From the NCBI GenBank assembly GCA_963703285.1, contig OY969807.1, forward strand, positions 1,376,001-1,440,000: DNA of 64,000 nt, in the 5' to 3' direction. The stretch comes from an uncultured Nitrososphaerota archaeon. Lineage in GTDB: Archaea; Thermoproteota; Nitrososphaeria; Nitrososphaerales; Gagatemarchaeaceae. Below, piece after piece: positions 54,181 to 63,397 of the stretch. The notes beneath the pieces were generated by a model. It was given only the letters and a program-made list of their open reading frames with translations. It made no database searches and was not told where the DNA came from. Both the position numbers and the translations under genes were made by a program. Position 1 is the stretch's first letter. The number at the start of each line of letters is the position of its first letter.

Positions 54181-55812
54181 TTACATGCCACCCATTCCGC
54201 CCATGCCGCCCGGCCCTCCCGCTCCCGCCGGGGGTTCCTTCGACTTGGTCGAGGCTATCACGTCGTCGATGCGGAGTATCATGCAGGCCGACTCCGTGGC
54301 TGCCTTGAGTATCTGCAACTTGACGGCTGCGGGCTCCACGACTGCCCTCGTCCACATGTTCGCGACCTTTCCGGAGAGCGCGTCCACCCCCGCCCACTTC
54401 TCTCCCTTGCCGTGCCTAGCCCTTAGGTCGACCTGGGTGTCGATGGGGTCCATCCCTGCGTTCTCCGCGAGTATCGTCGCTATCGTCTCGATGGCCTCGG
54501 CGTACCTGAGCGCCGCGAGCTGCTCCCTGCCTGTGAGCTTCTGGGCCCATGCCCTGACCTGGCTTGCGACCTCGACCTCCGGCGCGCCCCCTCCTGCGAC
54601 TATGGACGGCATCTCGACGACGTCCTTCGTCACCATCAGCGCGTCGTGGAGGGCCCTCTCGGCCTCGTCGACCACCCTCTGGGATCCGCCCCTCACCAGG
54701 ATGGTGACGGCCTTCGGGTTCTTGCACCCCTCTATGAACACCCACTTGTCCTCCTCAATCTTCTTCTCCTCGGCGAGCTTGGCCTGCCCGAGGTCCTTCG
54801 AGCTCAGGTCGTCCAGGTTCGTGACGATCCTCGCGCCCGTAGCCTTGGCGAGCTTGCTCATGTCGCTCTCCTTGACGCGTCTTATCGCCATGATCCCCGC
54901 CCTTGCGAGGTAGTGCTGGGCGACGTCGTCGATGCCCTTCTGGCAAATGACGAGGTTGGCTCCGGACTGCTGAATCTTGTCCACCATCCCCTTGAGGATG
55001 CTGTTCTCTTCGTCGAGGAACTTCTGCATCTGGTCGGGGTCGTTGATCCTAATCTCCGCGCTGAACTCCGTCTTCTCTATCTCCAGCGGCGAGTTGATGA
55101 GGGCGATCTTGGCGCCATCGACCCTCTTAGGCATCGCCGAGTGGACCACTTCCTTGTCGAGCGCGATGCCCGATATGAGCTTGGTGTCGACCAACGAACC
55201 GCCGGCTTTCTTCTCCACCTTGACGTTGTCGATGTCCACCTTGAATCCCGTCTCTGTCTTCTCGGCGACCTGCAACATCGCGTCGACCACGAGGCCCGCT
55301 AGGTGGGGGGCGTCGTCGGAGACTAGCTTGGTCATCATGCTGGTCGTCGCGATCTTTAGGAGGTCTTCCCTTGAAGTGGGGTCGACCTTCACTGCGATGC
55401 TCTCCAGGACCTGCTGCGCCTTCTCCAGCGCCTTCATGTAACCGTCGACGACCACTGTAGGGTGGACGTCCTTGCTGATGAGCTCCTCCGCCTTCTCCAG
55501 GAGCGCTCCCGCGAGTATCACCGCGGAGGTGGTGCCGTCGCCGACCTCGTTGTCGGTCGCCTTGGAGACCTCGACGAGCATCTTCGCCGCCGGGTGCTGG
55601 ACGTCGATCTCCTTGAGCATGGTCGCGCCGTCGTTGGTGATGGTGACGTCGCCGAGCGAGTCGACGAGCATCTTGTCCATACCGCGGGGACCGAGAGACG
55701 TCCTCACGATCTCCGAGATTAGCTTCGCGGCCTGGATGTTGTTCCTCTGAGCCTCCCTTCCCTTCGATTCTGCCGTCCCTTCCTTGAGTATGATGTACTG
55801 GGGACTGCTCAT
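54181..55812 (-). CDS. Thermosome (group II chaperonin) subunit
   Basis: SLGPRGMDKM, TNDGAT, GDGTT, ILRIDD, GGMGGMGGM tail. Confidence 0.97.
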   Translation of the reverse strand: MSSPQYIILKEGTAESKGREAQRNNIQAAKLISEIVRTSLGPRGMDKMLVDSLGDVTITNDGATMLKEIDVQHPAAKMLVEVSKATDNEVGDGTTSAVILAGALLEKAEELISKDVHPTVVVDGYMKALEKAQQVLESIAVKVDPTSREDLLKIATTSMMTKLVSDDAPHLAGLVVDAMLQVAEKTETGFKVDIDNVKVEKKAGGSLVDTKLISGIALDKEVVHSAMPKRVDGAKIALINSPLEIEKTEFSAEIRINDPDQMQKFLDEENSILKGMVDKIQQSGANLVICQKGIDDVAQHYLARAGIMAIRRVKESDMSKLAKATGARIVTNLDDLSSKDLGQAKLAEEKKIEEDKWVFIEGCKNPKAVTILVRGGSQRVVDEAERALHDALMVTKDVVEMPSIVAGGGAPEVEVASQVRAWAQKLTGREQLAALRYAEAIETIATILAENAGMDPIDTQVDLRARHGKGEKWAGVDALSGKVANMWTRAVVEPAAVKLQILKAATESACMILRIDDVIASTKSKEPPAGAGGPGGMGGMGGM

Positions 55813-55929
55813 GTATAATTCGCGTCAACTATACAACTTCGAGTTGTATATATGATTTTTGTTCATTTGAGTGGAGGAGAAGCGGACCAGCGGGCAGATT
55901 ATATGCCCCGTTTCTCTGATTGGTGATTC

Positions 55930-56856
55930 TTGGATTTCATAAAGGACTGCGGGTTGATGGTCGAGCCGCAGGAGGGGATGACCATCGACGAACTGCTCGA
56001 CGTCGCCTCGTTCGCGGAGAAGAAGGGGTTCGGATACTTCTTCCGCTCGGACCACCTCCTTCCGACCTCGCGCAAGAAGGGTCTCGACTCGCCCGAGTGC
56101 TGGGTCACGCTCGGCGCCATCGCCGCGCGCACGAGGAGGATCAGGTTCGGACCCATGGTCTCGCCGGTGGGGTTCAGGAACCCCTCTCTCCTGGCCCGGA
56201 TGGCGCAGACCGTCGACGCGATGTCCCGCGGCAGGCTCTGTCTCGGGGTGGGCGCGGGCTGGTACGAGGACGAGTACAAGGCCCACGGAATCGAGTTCCC
56301 GGACCTGGAGACGCGCAAGCGCCAGTTCACGGAGGCCCTGGAGATAATCAGGCCGCTCACACAGGTCGGGAGGGTGGACTTTCGCGGGAGGTTCTTCTCG
56401 GCCCATCTCGGCAGCCAGCCGAAGCTCAGGGACAGGATTTACCTCATCGTCGGAGGTAGGGCGCGCTCCATCGTCAGACAGACGGCCAACTTCGGCGACG
56501 AGTGGAACTTCTTCGGGGCGATCCCCGAGGGGTTCGAGAGCGTCAAGAGCACCTTCGACCGTTGCGGCAGGCGCATAGAGATCTCAAGGATGGGTCCCTT
56601 CATGCTCGCTGAGACCGCCGGCCAGCTCAGGGCGAAGCTGCGCAGGGACATGCGCAAGAGGGGAGTGAGCAGGGGCGAGGACGCGCACGCCCGGGCGCTC
56701 AGGAAGAGCGGCTGGATCATAGGCACCGCAGGGGACTTCCCGGAGGACGTAGGCAGGTACCGCGATCTGGGCGTGGGCCGGTTCTACTTCCAGGTCTGGG
56801 AGACGGAAAAGAGGGACGAGATCGAACTGCTCGCCGAAGTTCTAAAGCGGATGTAG
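55930..56856 (+). CDS. LLM-class (luciferase-like) flavin/F420-dependent oxidoreductase
   Basis: FFRSDH, ECWVTLGAIA, FRNPSLLA, GRLCLGVGAGW. Confidence 0.9.
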   Translation: MDFIKDCGLMVEPQEGMTIDELLDVASFAEKKGFGYFFRSDHLLPTSRKKGLDSPECWVTLGAIAARTRRIRFGPMVSPVGFRNPSLLARMAQTVDAMSRGRLCLGVGAGWYEDEYKAHGIEFPDLETRKRQFTEALEIIRPLTQVGRVDFRGRFFSAHLGSQPKLRDRIYLIVGGRARSIVRQTANFGDEWNFFGAIPEGFESVKSTFDRCGRRIEISRMGPFMLAETAGQLRAKLRRDMRKRGVSRGEDAHARALRKSGWIIGTAGDFPEDVGRYRDLGVGRFYFQVWETEKRDEIELLAEVLKRM

Positions 56857-56904
56857 AATCCATCTGAACGCTTTAAAATAACTTGGCCGAGCTGAACCCT
56901 CGAG

Positions 56905-57372
56905 ATGCTACCAATGGGATCGAAGGCCGAGGCGTTCATCCTCTACGACGCGGATAAGAAGGAGAGGAGCCTATCCGAGTTCCTCGTAAGGGGTAGGAGG
57001 ACGATCCTTGCATTCTACCCGGGGGCGTTCACCGGCGTGTGCACCCAGGAACTGTGCACCTTCAGGGACATGTTCCCCGACCTGCAGAAGCTCAACGCGA
57101 ACCTGGTCGGGATCTCGGTCGACGCGCCCTTCGCCCAGAAGGCCTTCGCCGAGAAGTACAGCCTCAACTTCCCCCTGCTCTGCGACTTCAAGCGGGAGGT
57201 CGTCGCGAAGTATGGCCTTGTGTGGAAGGACCTGAGCGGTGTGATGGGCTACGACACTTCAAACAGGGCGATCTTAGTTCTGGACGACGGTGCGAAGATC
57301 GTGTATTCGTGGGTCGCGCCCAGCCCAGGCGTCTTGCCGGACTTCGAAGAGATAAAGAAGAACCTGGCCTGA
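56905..57372 (+). CDS. Peroxiredoxin (BCP/PrxQ-like)
   Basis: FYPGAFTGVCTQELC, GISVD, FPLLCD. Confidence 0.9.
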   Translation: MLPMGSKAEAFILYDADKKERSLSEFLVRGRRTILAFYPGAFTGVCTQELCTFRDMFPDLQKLNANLVGISVDAPFAQKAFAEKYSLNFPLLCDFKREVVAKYGLVWKDLSGVMGYDTSNRAILVLDDGAKIVYSWVAPSPGVLPDFEEIKKNLA

Positions 57373-57378
57373 TGCCCG

Positions 57379-57846
57379 TCAGGATTCCTCGGGCTTCGCT
57401 TCAGGCTGCTTCTTTCGTGCCGAGCTGAGCACGAACCTCAGGAGCGGCTCGCTGATGCTCATGGCGTCGCGCATGGATATCATTCCCAGGGGGATTCCCT
57501 CCTTGCTGACCACGGGGAGGTGCCGGACGTTCGCCTTCGTCATGCGGTCCACCGCTGTGACTATGTTCTCATTCGGGCTGGCCTTCAGGGATGTCTTGGA
57601 CATGACGCTGGTCACCGGGATGCCCTTCCCCGTCAGCGACTTGGTCACGGCGAAGAGCACATCGCGCTCCGTCAGGATCCCAAGCATGACGCCCGCCTTG
57701 TCGACCACTATCACGCTCCCTATGTTGCCCTCCCACATCGCCGAAGCGGCTTCGTCTATCGTGAAGTCTTCGGGGACGACCGTGGGCGGAACCTCCATCA
57801 GGTCCTTCGTCCTCATGCTCACCTGACTCGGTTTTGGCCTCGGCAA
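57379..57846 (-). CDS. CBS-pair domain protein
   Basis: IGSVIVVD, GILTERD, VRHLPVV, GMISMRD. Confidence 0.9.
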   Translation of the reverse strand: MPRPKPSQVSMRTKDLMEVPPTVVPEDFTIDEAASAMWEGNIGSVIVVDKAGVMLGILTERDVLFAVTKSLTGKGIPVTSVMSKTSLKASPNENIVTAVDRMTKANVRHLPVVSKEGIPLGMISMRDAMSISEPLLRFVLSSARKKQPEAKPEES

Positions 57847-57940
57847 GGTTTTCGATGGCGTGCCCTGTGCACCACCTATTAATCATTCGGGAGCCGTCCG
57901 GAGGGGTCGGAGCCAGCAGGCGGAGGGCTGTTACTCCGCT

Positions 57941-58270
57941 CTATCGCCTGATGTTCGTCACGAGCAGCTTGAACTGCAGGGTCTTGCCTGACATGGGATG
58001 CCTGCCTGTCTTCCCGTAGGCCTTCTCCGGCGGGATGGTGACCTCCTTGGTCTCGTTCACCTTCATCCCCACGAGCGCCTCCTCGAACCCAGTTATCACC
58101 TGGTGCGCGCCCAGGACGACCAGCAGGGGCTTGTAGTCGCGCGCCGGACTGAGCAGTCCGGCCTTCTCGGCCTCCGACCTCATGCCGGTGTCGAAGACCT
58201 TGCCGCCGGGGAACCTACCCACGTAATGGACCGAGACCGTGTCTCCATTCTGCGCCACTAGTTCGCTCAT
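57941..58270 (-). CDS. FKBP-type peptidyl-prolyl isomerase (short)
   Basis: GDTVSVHYVG, VFDT, VITGFEEAL, IPPEKAYG, HPMSGKTLQF. Confidence 0.9.
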   Translation of the reverse strand: MSELVAQNGDTVSVHYVGRFPGGKVFDTGMRSEAEKAGLLSPARDYKPLLVVLGAHQVITGFEEALVGMKVNETKEVTIPPEKAYGKTGRHPMSGKTLQFKLLVTNIRR

Positions 58271-58456
58271 TTTGAAGCTCGGGGGTCACCACGACTTCGG
58301 CTCTTTAACGATTTTGCCCCGTGGTAGCCGGTGCAAACGACGCCGATTGGTTGGTTCCACGTGAAAAACAGCTGTTGATCTGCTCGGGCTCGAAGGGTGG
58401 GGTTCGGAGAGTTAGTTCAAATACGAAAGCGGGCAATCGCTGGTGCCGGTCCCGGC

Positions 58457-58999
58457 ATGGAAGAGCTCGCCCTAGGTTCCGTCGTCTCCCTCTGGCTACT
58501 GTTCGGGCTGAGCACCGGAATAATACTCGCCTTCATCGTCCTGGTGGCGGTTCTGTTCTCACGAGACCTGAACCGCGGCGTCACGACGATGATCAGCGAG
58601 TCAATCCTTCCGGACCTGGGCGGAAGGAAGGACCTCTTCCTAGGAAACCTGGAGAAGGAACTCAAGAGGAGGGGGCTGATACCTCGCGTTCCGCTCGACA
58701 AGGAGAGCGACCTGGTCTACCGGGACTTCTTCAACGAGGTGAAGGTCAACGTTGCCGAGGAGGGCCCCAACCTGAGGTTTGGGTATCGTATCTCCGCGGC
58801 GACCGCCGCGGTGACTCTTGGGGTGATTCTCCTGATACCCTTCGTCGTTGGATCCGTCGTGCTCTTCGCTCTCGCGCTGCTCAGGCGGAACAACATCCAA
58901 CTGACCCTCAACGAGGCGGGGCAGTCCGCCCGGATACTCACAGCAGGCGAGCTCGCCCGGGGCGGAGCCGGCTCTTCCACGCAGGCTAACTCGGCCTAG
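58457..58999 (+). CDS. Hypothetical membrane protein
   Basis: Host-like codon usage, two to three hydrophobic segments. Confidence 0.6.
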   Translation: MEELALGSVVSLWLLFGLSTGIILAFIVLVAVLFSRDLNRGVTTMISESILPDLGGRKDLFLGNLEKELKRRGLIPRVPLDKESDLVYRDFFNEVKVNVAEEGPNLRFGYRISAATAAVTLGVILLIPFVVGSVVLFALALLRRNNIQLTLNEAGQSARILTAGELARGGAGSSTQANSA

Positions 59000-59400
59000 G
59001 TCTGCGACCTTCCGCAGCTTGGGCAGTAGGTCTTGCTGCCCTTCAGGTCAGCGCCGCAGAACTTGCACGACCCGGGCGGTCGAACCGGGGCATCCGGCTT
59101 GGGGGCCTCCGGCTTATTGGTGACCTTTGCCCTCCCGCCCCCTCCGATCGCGACGAGGAGGATTCCGACCGCTATCAGCACCAGTCCGAGCGCCAGATAC
59201 CACGACTCGGTGGAGACCTGGTCGATCAGGCCGGGAAGAAGGGGCACCACGTGCACCGCGCTGTTGATGTCCCCCAGCGCCAACCTCAGGGACGCCTGCG
59301 TCCCCGAATAGTATCCAATCAAGTAGCCGCCCGCCAGGCACAGTACCCCACCCAGTAGGCGCCTCGTCAGGGACATGACAGGACGGCCCCCCAAGGCCAT
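58996..59400 (-). CDS. Membrane protein with C-terminal zinc ribbon
   Basis: Two TM segments followed by CKFCG..YCPSCG. Confidence 0.7.
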   Translation of the reverse strand: MALGGRPVMSLTRRLLGGVLCLAGGYLIGYYSGTQASLRLALGDINSAVHVVPLLPGLIDQVSTESWYLALGLVLIAVGILLVAIGGGGRAKVTNKPEAPKPDAPVRPPGSCKFCGADLKGSKTYCPSCGRSQT

Positions 59401-59540
59401 GTCTATTTACACGCGACGTTGCGCTGCGCGTTCGGACACGACCCATGGCCGGAGCGCGGACCGCCGGGCCTTCGGTTGCGTCGCAAGATTCCGACAAAAC
59501 GGCTTTTAACGCACCGGAGGCTCTGGCGTATTGAGAAGAC

Positions 59541-60671
59541 TTGGAAACAGGCGCCATGCAGGAGGGCGATCTTGTGCGTGACAGACAGGACTATCTCAGG
59601 GCCGTCATCGCCAGGGATGCCTCCTTCGACGGCGCCTTCGTCTTCGGCGTTAGGTCAACCGGAATCTACTGCCGGCCCTCGTGCCCCACGCGGAGACCTA
59701 GGGAGGACAGGATACTCCTGTTCCCGAGCGTCCAGTCGGCGGAGGGGCAAGGACTTCGCGAATGCCGGCGGTGTAGGCCCAAGACGGCCTCCCAGCGCGC
59801 CGAGCTGGTCGGAAGGGTCTGCGAGTACATCCAGGGCAACCCCGCCGGAGACCTCGGGCTCGCGGCCCTCGGTGAGAGGTTCTCGGTCAGCCCGTACCAC
59901 CTGCAGAGGGTCTTCAAGGACGTAGTAGGGATGTCTCCTCGCAGATACACCGAAGAGTGCCGCATCAGCCAGCTGAAGGTTCACCTCGGGCAGGGGCATT
60001 CGGTGACCAACGCGCTTCGGAGGGTGGGATACAGATCACAGAGCTGGCTTTACGATGACTCGACGGTCAAGTTGGGCATGACCCCCGGCGTCTACCGCAG
60101 GGGCGGGATAGGCATGAGTATAGTGTACCAGACGGGAGCGTCCCCGCTGGGTAGGCTCCTCGTCGCGGCGACGGAGCACGGGATCTGCATGGTGGACCTC
60201 GGCGAGAGCGACAAGGAGCTGGTGGCGGCGCTGCACAATGAGTACCCCAGGGCGGTCATATCGCGATCAGAAGAGGCGAGGAGCCACTTCGAAGCGGTCC
60301 TTGGTTACTTCGATGGCAGGCAGGGGAAGCTGCCGCTTGACCTGCGGGGCACTGACTTCCAGAGGAAGGTCTGGGCCGCGCTGCAGACGATCCCCGAAGG
60401 CGGGGTCTGCTCCTACAGCGATGTCGCCGCGATGATAGGCGAGCCGAGGGCAGTGAGGGCCGTCGCGAACGCCTGCGGCAAGAACCCCGTTCCTCTGATA
60501 GTCCCGTGCCACAGGGTGGTCAGGAAGGACGGCGGACTGGGCGGCTACGGCATGGGGCTGTGGAGGAAGAAGGCGCTGCTCGCGGAGGAGAAGAGACGGA
60601 CGCAGGACGCCGGCAAGACTCCGAGGGGGGAGAGCGCGGGATACCAACATCGAAGGGACTCCGGCCGCTGA
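59541..60671 (+). CDS. ada: Bifunctional Ada (Zn methylphosphotriester domain, AraC HTH, O6-methylguanine methyltransferase)
   Basis: STGIYCRPSC, ECRRCRP, SPYHLQRVFK, GTDFQRKVW, VPCHRV. Confidence 0.93.
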   Translation: METGAMQEGDLVRDRQDYLRAVIARDASFDGAFVFGVRSTGIYCRPSCPTRRPREDRILLFPSVQSAEGQGLRECRRCRPKTASQRAELVGRVCEYIQGNPAGDLGLAALGERFSVSPYHLQRVFKDVVGMSPRRYTEECRISQLKVHLGQGHSVTNALRRVGYRSQSWLYDDSTVKLGMTPGVYRRGGIGMSIVYQTGASPLGRLLVAATEHGICMVDLGESDKELVAALHNEYPRAVISRSEEARSHFEAVLGYFDGRQGKLPLDLRGTDFQRKVWAALQTIPEGGVCSYSDVAAMIGEPRAVRAVANACGKNPVPLIVPCHRVVRKDGGLGGYGMGLWRKKALLAEEKRRTQDAGKTPRGESAGYQHRRDSGR

Positions 60672-60704
60672 CTGGAGAACGCCCCCTCTGCTGCGTCTCG
60701 GAAG

Positions 60705-61139
60705 CTACGGCAGGGATGGGCGTCGGTCCTTCAGCCTGATGACGAACCTAAGCCCCGACCAGGTCTCGTCCACCGAACATATCTTGACGTCTACCAGTCC
60801 GCACTTCAGACCGGTCGCCCTGACGAGGTCCTCGGTCACGTCTGTCTGCATCTTCGACGAGCGCTTGGGCCAAGAAATCCAGATCATGCCGCTCTTCCTG
60901 ATCCTCCCCCGGAGGTGGGGAAGCTGCCTATCCAGGACCGCCCGGTCCTTCACGAACATCTGGACCAGGTCGAGCTCCCCGGCAGACGCCTCGACGATGG
61001 ACGCGCCTTCCGGCATCCTCCCCAGACCGGCTACATACCCCTCGGGCGGGTCGATGAACGCCAGTCTCTGACCGCGGGTGATTCCCAGCTTCTTGGCGAG
61101 TGGCTTTCCGGAGTATCCTGCGGGCACGGACACGGGCAT
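60705..61139 (-). CDS. DUF3052-like protein
   Basis: AGYSGKPLAKKLGI, IWISWPKRSS, GLVDVKICSVDETWSGL. Confidence 0.8.
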   Translation of the reverse strand: MPVSVPAGYSGKPLAKKLGITRGQRLAFIDPPEGYVAGLGRMPEGASIVEASAGELDLVQMFVKDRAVLDRQLPHLRGRIRKSGMIWISWPKRSSKMQTDVTEDLVRATGLKCGLVDVKICSVDETWSGLRFVIRLKDRRPSLP

Positions 61140-61225
61140 ATCCTGTCGAATAGTTAACCTTGGGGCGGGATACGCAGGGCTAGGGCCCCTGAGAGGCTTA
61201 AATCGCCGGGCGCCCTCGTCCCGCC

Positions 61226-61615
61226 ATGCAGACAATCAAGAGCTACGTGTCCGTAAGAGGCGCGCAGCTGTTTACCGAGACGATGGGGGAAGGGGAGCCC
61301 CTCCTGCTGCTTCACGGAGGGTTCGGGACCAACGAGGACTTCGCGTCGGTCACGCCGGAGCTGGCCAAGCACTTCAGAGTCGTCGCGTTCGAGAGGCCGG
61401 TGGCGATAGTCTGCTTCAAGCAGGGAAGGACGGCGAGCGAGGACGAGCTTAAGGCCCACCTCGCGAGGTACGTCGACGAGGGCAAGATCGCGAAGTTCTG
61501 GCTTCCTGAGAGGATTGTGGTGAGCGGTGAACCCCTGCCGAAGACGAGCACCGGGAAGCTGGACAAGAAGCCGCTCCGTGAGAAGTACTCGTCCGTCCTG
61601 GCTGCGGGTGGTTAG
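61226..61615 (+). pseudogene. In-frame chimera: alpha/beta-hydrolase N-terminus joined to acyl-CoA synthetase C-terminus
   Basis: GEGEPLLLLHGG..FRVVAFERP then VAIV..KFWLPE..LPKTSTGKLDKKPLRE. Confidence 0.8.
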
Positions 61616-61620
61616 GGCGT

Positions 61621-62511
61621 ATGAGCGCCCCGGATGTGGCCAAGCTGCGGGAGGAGTTCAAGGAGCCGCACGAGCTGGTCAAGATGTCCGACGGGAAGAC
61701 CATCTTCGTGAGGCACTGGGTCGGCTCCTCTGAAGATGGTTTGGCCATCCTGATATTCCACGGGATAACCGGGTACAGCGAGCCCTACGGGAAGATGCTC
61801 GCCGAGGAGCTCTCGGCGGCGGGTTTCGAGGTCTTCGGGATGGACCTGAGGGGGCACGGGAGGTCCGATGGGGTGAGGGGGGACTATCCGAGCGCCGATA
61901 GGCTGTCGAAGGACCTCTGCGAGACGGTATCGTTCCTGAAGGGCAAGTTCTCGAAGGTGGTCGTGCTCGGCCACAGCGAAGGGGCCCTGCGCGCCGTGAT
62001 AGTGGCGAACAGCTGCCCCGCGGACGTCGACGGGCTGATTCTTCTCAGCGTCGGGAAGTCATTCAGACCCGGCGCCTATGACAAACCCCCTGCGAGCGTC
62101 GCTCTGAAGTCCCTCCTCGGGGTCACCCTCTTTCCGGGAAGCCGGTTGATAGAGTATCGTCGCCGAGGGATGCTCGGCAAGGACGACCCTCTGTTCAATT
62201 TCCAGTACACAGCACGGTTCTACTCGTACGTCTACGGGATGAGCGCCCTCTCTGTCGTCAGGATGCGCGGGAGGAACGTTATCGAGTCTCCGAACATGAC
62301 CATCTCGGCGAGGCGGGACATCCCCGTGCTGGTCGGCGTCGGTGACCAGGACGAGTTGTTCTCGGTGGATTCGGCGAGGGCGTTCTTCGAGAGCATCGGG
62401 TCTGGCCCGAAGGAGTTCATGGTGATACCGCGCGGACATCATGCGGCGTTTCCACCGGGGTCCTGGTCCCAGCTCACAGCGTGGCTCAGGAAGAGCTACC
62501 TTGGGAAGTGA
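61621..62511 (+). CDS. Alpha/beta hydrolase (lysophospholipase / Hydrolase_4-like)
   Basis: IFHGITG, DLRGHGRS, GHSEG nucleophile elbow, GDQDE, GHH. Confidence 0.88.
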   Translation: MSAPDVAKLREEFKEPHELVKMSDGKTIFVRHWVGSSEDGLAILIFHGITGYSEPYGKMLAEELSAAGFEVFGMDLRGHGRSDGVRGDYPSADRLSKDLCETVSFLKGKFSKVVVLGHSEGALRAVIVANSCPADVDGLILLSVGKSFRPGAYDKPPASVALKSLLGVTLFPGSRLIEYRRRGMLGKDDPLFNFQYTARFYSYVYGMSALSVVRMRGRNVIESPNMTISARRDIPVLVGVGDQDELFSVDSARAFFESIGSGPKEFMVIPRGHHAAFPPGSWSQLTAWLRKSYLGK

Positions 62512-62576
62512 TGGTTAGAAGCCCCGCTTTAGCGAGGTCGTGGTCGAACCTCCCAGAATCTCGCCGAGAGAACTCG

Positions 62577-63296
62577 CTAACTCTTCTTGAGCTTGACGAA
62601 TTCCACGAGTCCGTCCCTGAACCTGATGCTCGCGTGGCTCCCGTTGCAGAAAGGTTTGTTGGAGGACGCCCCGCATCGGCAGAGCGTCATCCGATTTCGT
62701 ATCTCGTAGGGAGTCCCATCCTCTGACTCCACCCTGATTCCACCCTGTACGTAGAGCGGTCCGCTGCAACCCAGGGCGGGATCCTCGACCACGCCTATGG
62801 AGGGCTTGAGCTTTGGTTCAATTTCCTGCCCCGTCTTCTTGTCTTGCAAGACCAGCCTCCCCGAGGGGCAGTGGCCCTCCTCTCGGACTGCCAGCTTGCG
62901 CGCCTCAGGGTCGTCCGTCGCTTCCATCAGCCCCCAGATCTTGCCCCCGGGATCGCAAAAGCGGGCGAAAGCGCAGAGCCCTTCTGCGTCGCTCAGTGTC
63001 ATCGTCGCTCCATCAAATATGTCGGCCTGCCTTGCGTATGGCTGTCGCGTCGCAGTCTCGGTTCCGTTGAAGTGGGTGCTCGCGTGCGAGCTGTCGCAGA
63101 ATGGTTTGGTCTTTGAGCGTCCACAGCGGCACAGCTTGTACTCTCCCTTGGTCTCGAAGGTCTTCGCCCTCTTCCAGTCCCAGGAAAGGCCCTCCTCGTT
63201 GGGTGTGATGAGCTCCATGGTGAGCGGGATGCCCGCCGAGACGACGTAGGGTCCGTCCTTGGAGACGACAATCTTCCTCTCGGAGGGTTCCGCCAT
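62577..63296 (-). CDS. CDGSH iron-sulfur domain protein (two CDGSH motifs flanking a divergent ferredoxin-like domain)
   Basis: LCRCGRSKTKPFCDSSH, LCAFARFC..CPSGRL, LCRCGASSNKPFCNGSH; start ATG 63296. Confidence 0.9.
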   Translation of the reverse strand: MAEPSERKIVVSKDGPYVVSAGIPLTMELITPNEEGLSWDWKRAKTFETKGEYKLCRCGRSKTKPFCDSSHASTHFNGTETATRQPYARQADIFDGATMTLSDAEGLCAFARFCDPGGKIWGLMEATDDPEARKLAVREEGHCPSGRLVLQDKKTGQEIEPKLKPSIGVVEDPALGCSGPLYVQGGIRVESEDGTPYEIRNRMTLCRCGASSNKPFCNGSHASIRFRDGLVEFVKLKKS

Positions 63297-63397
63297 CGAT
63301 GTTCGAATCCTCGGTCCAAAAATGTGCGGTGGGTGATTAATAAACCTCCACGCGTCCAAGAGGTAATCATACATACGCGGTTGACGTGGCCGCGGTC

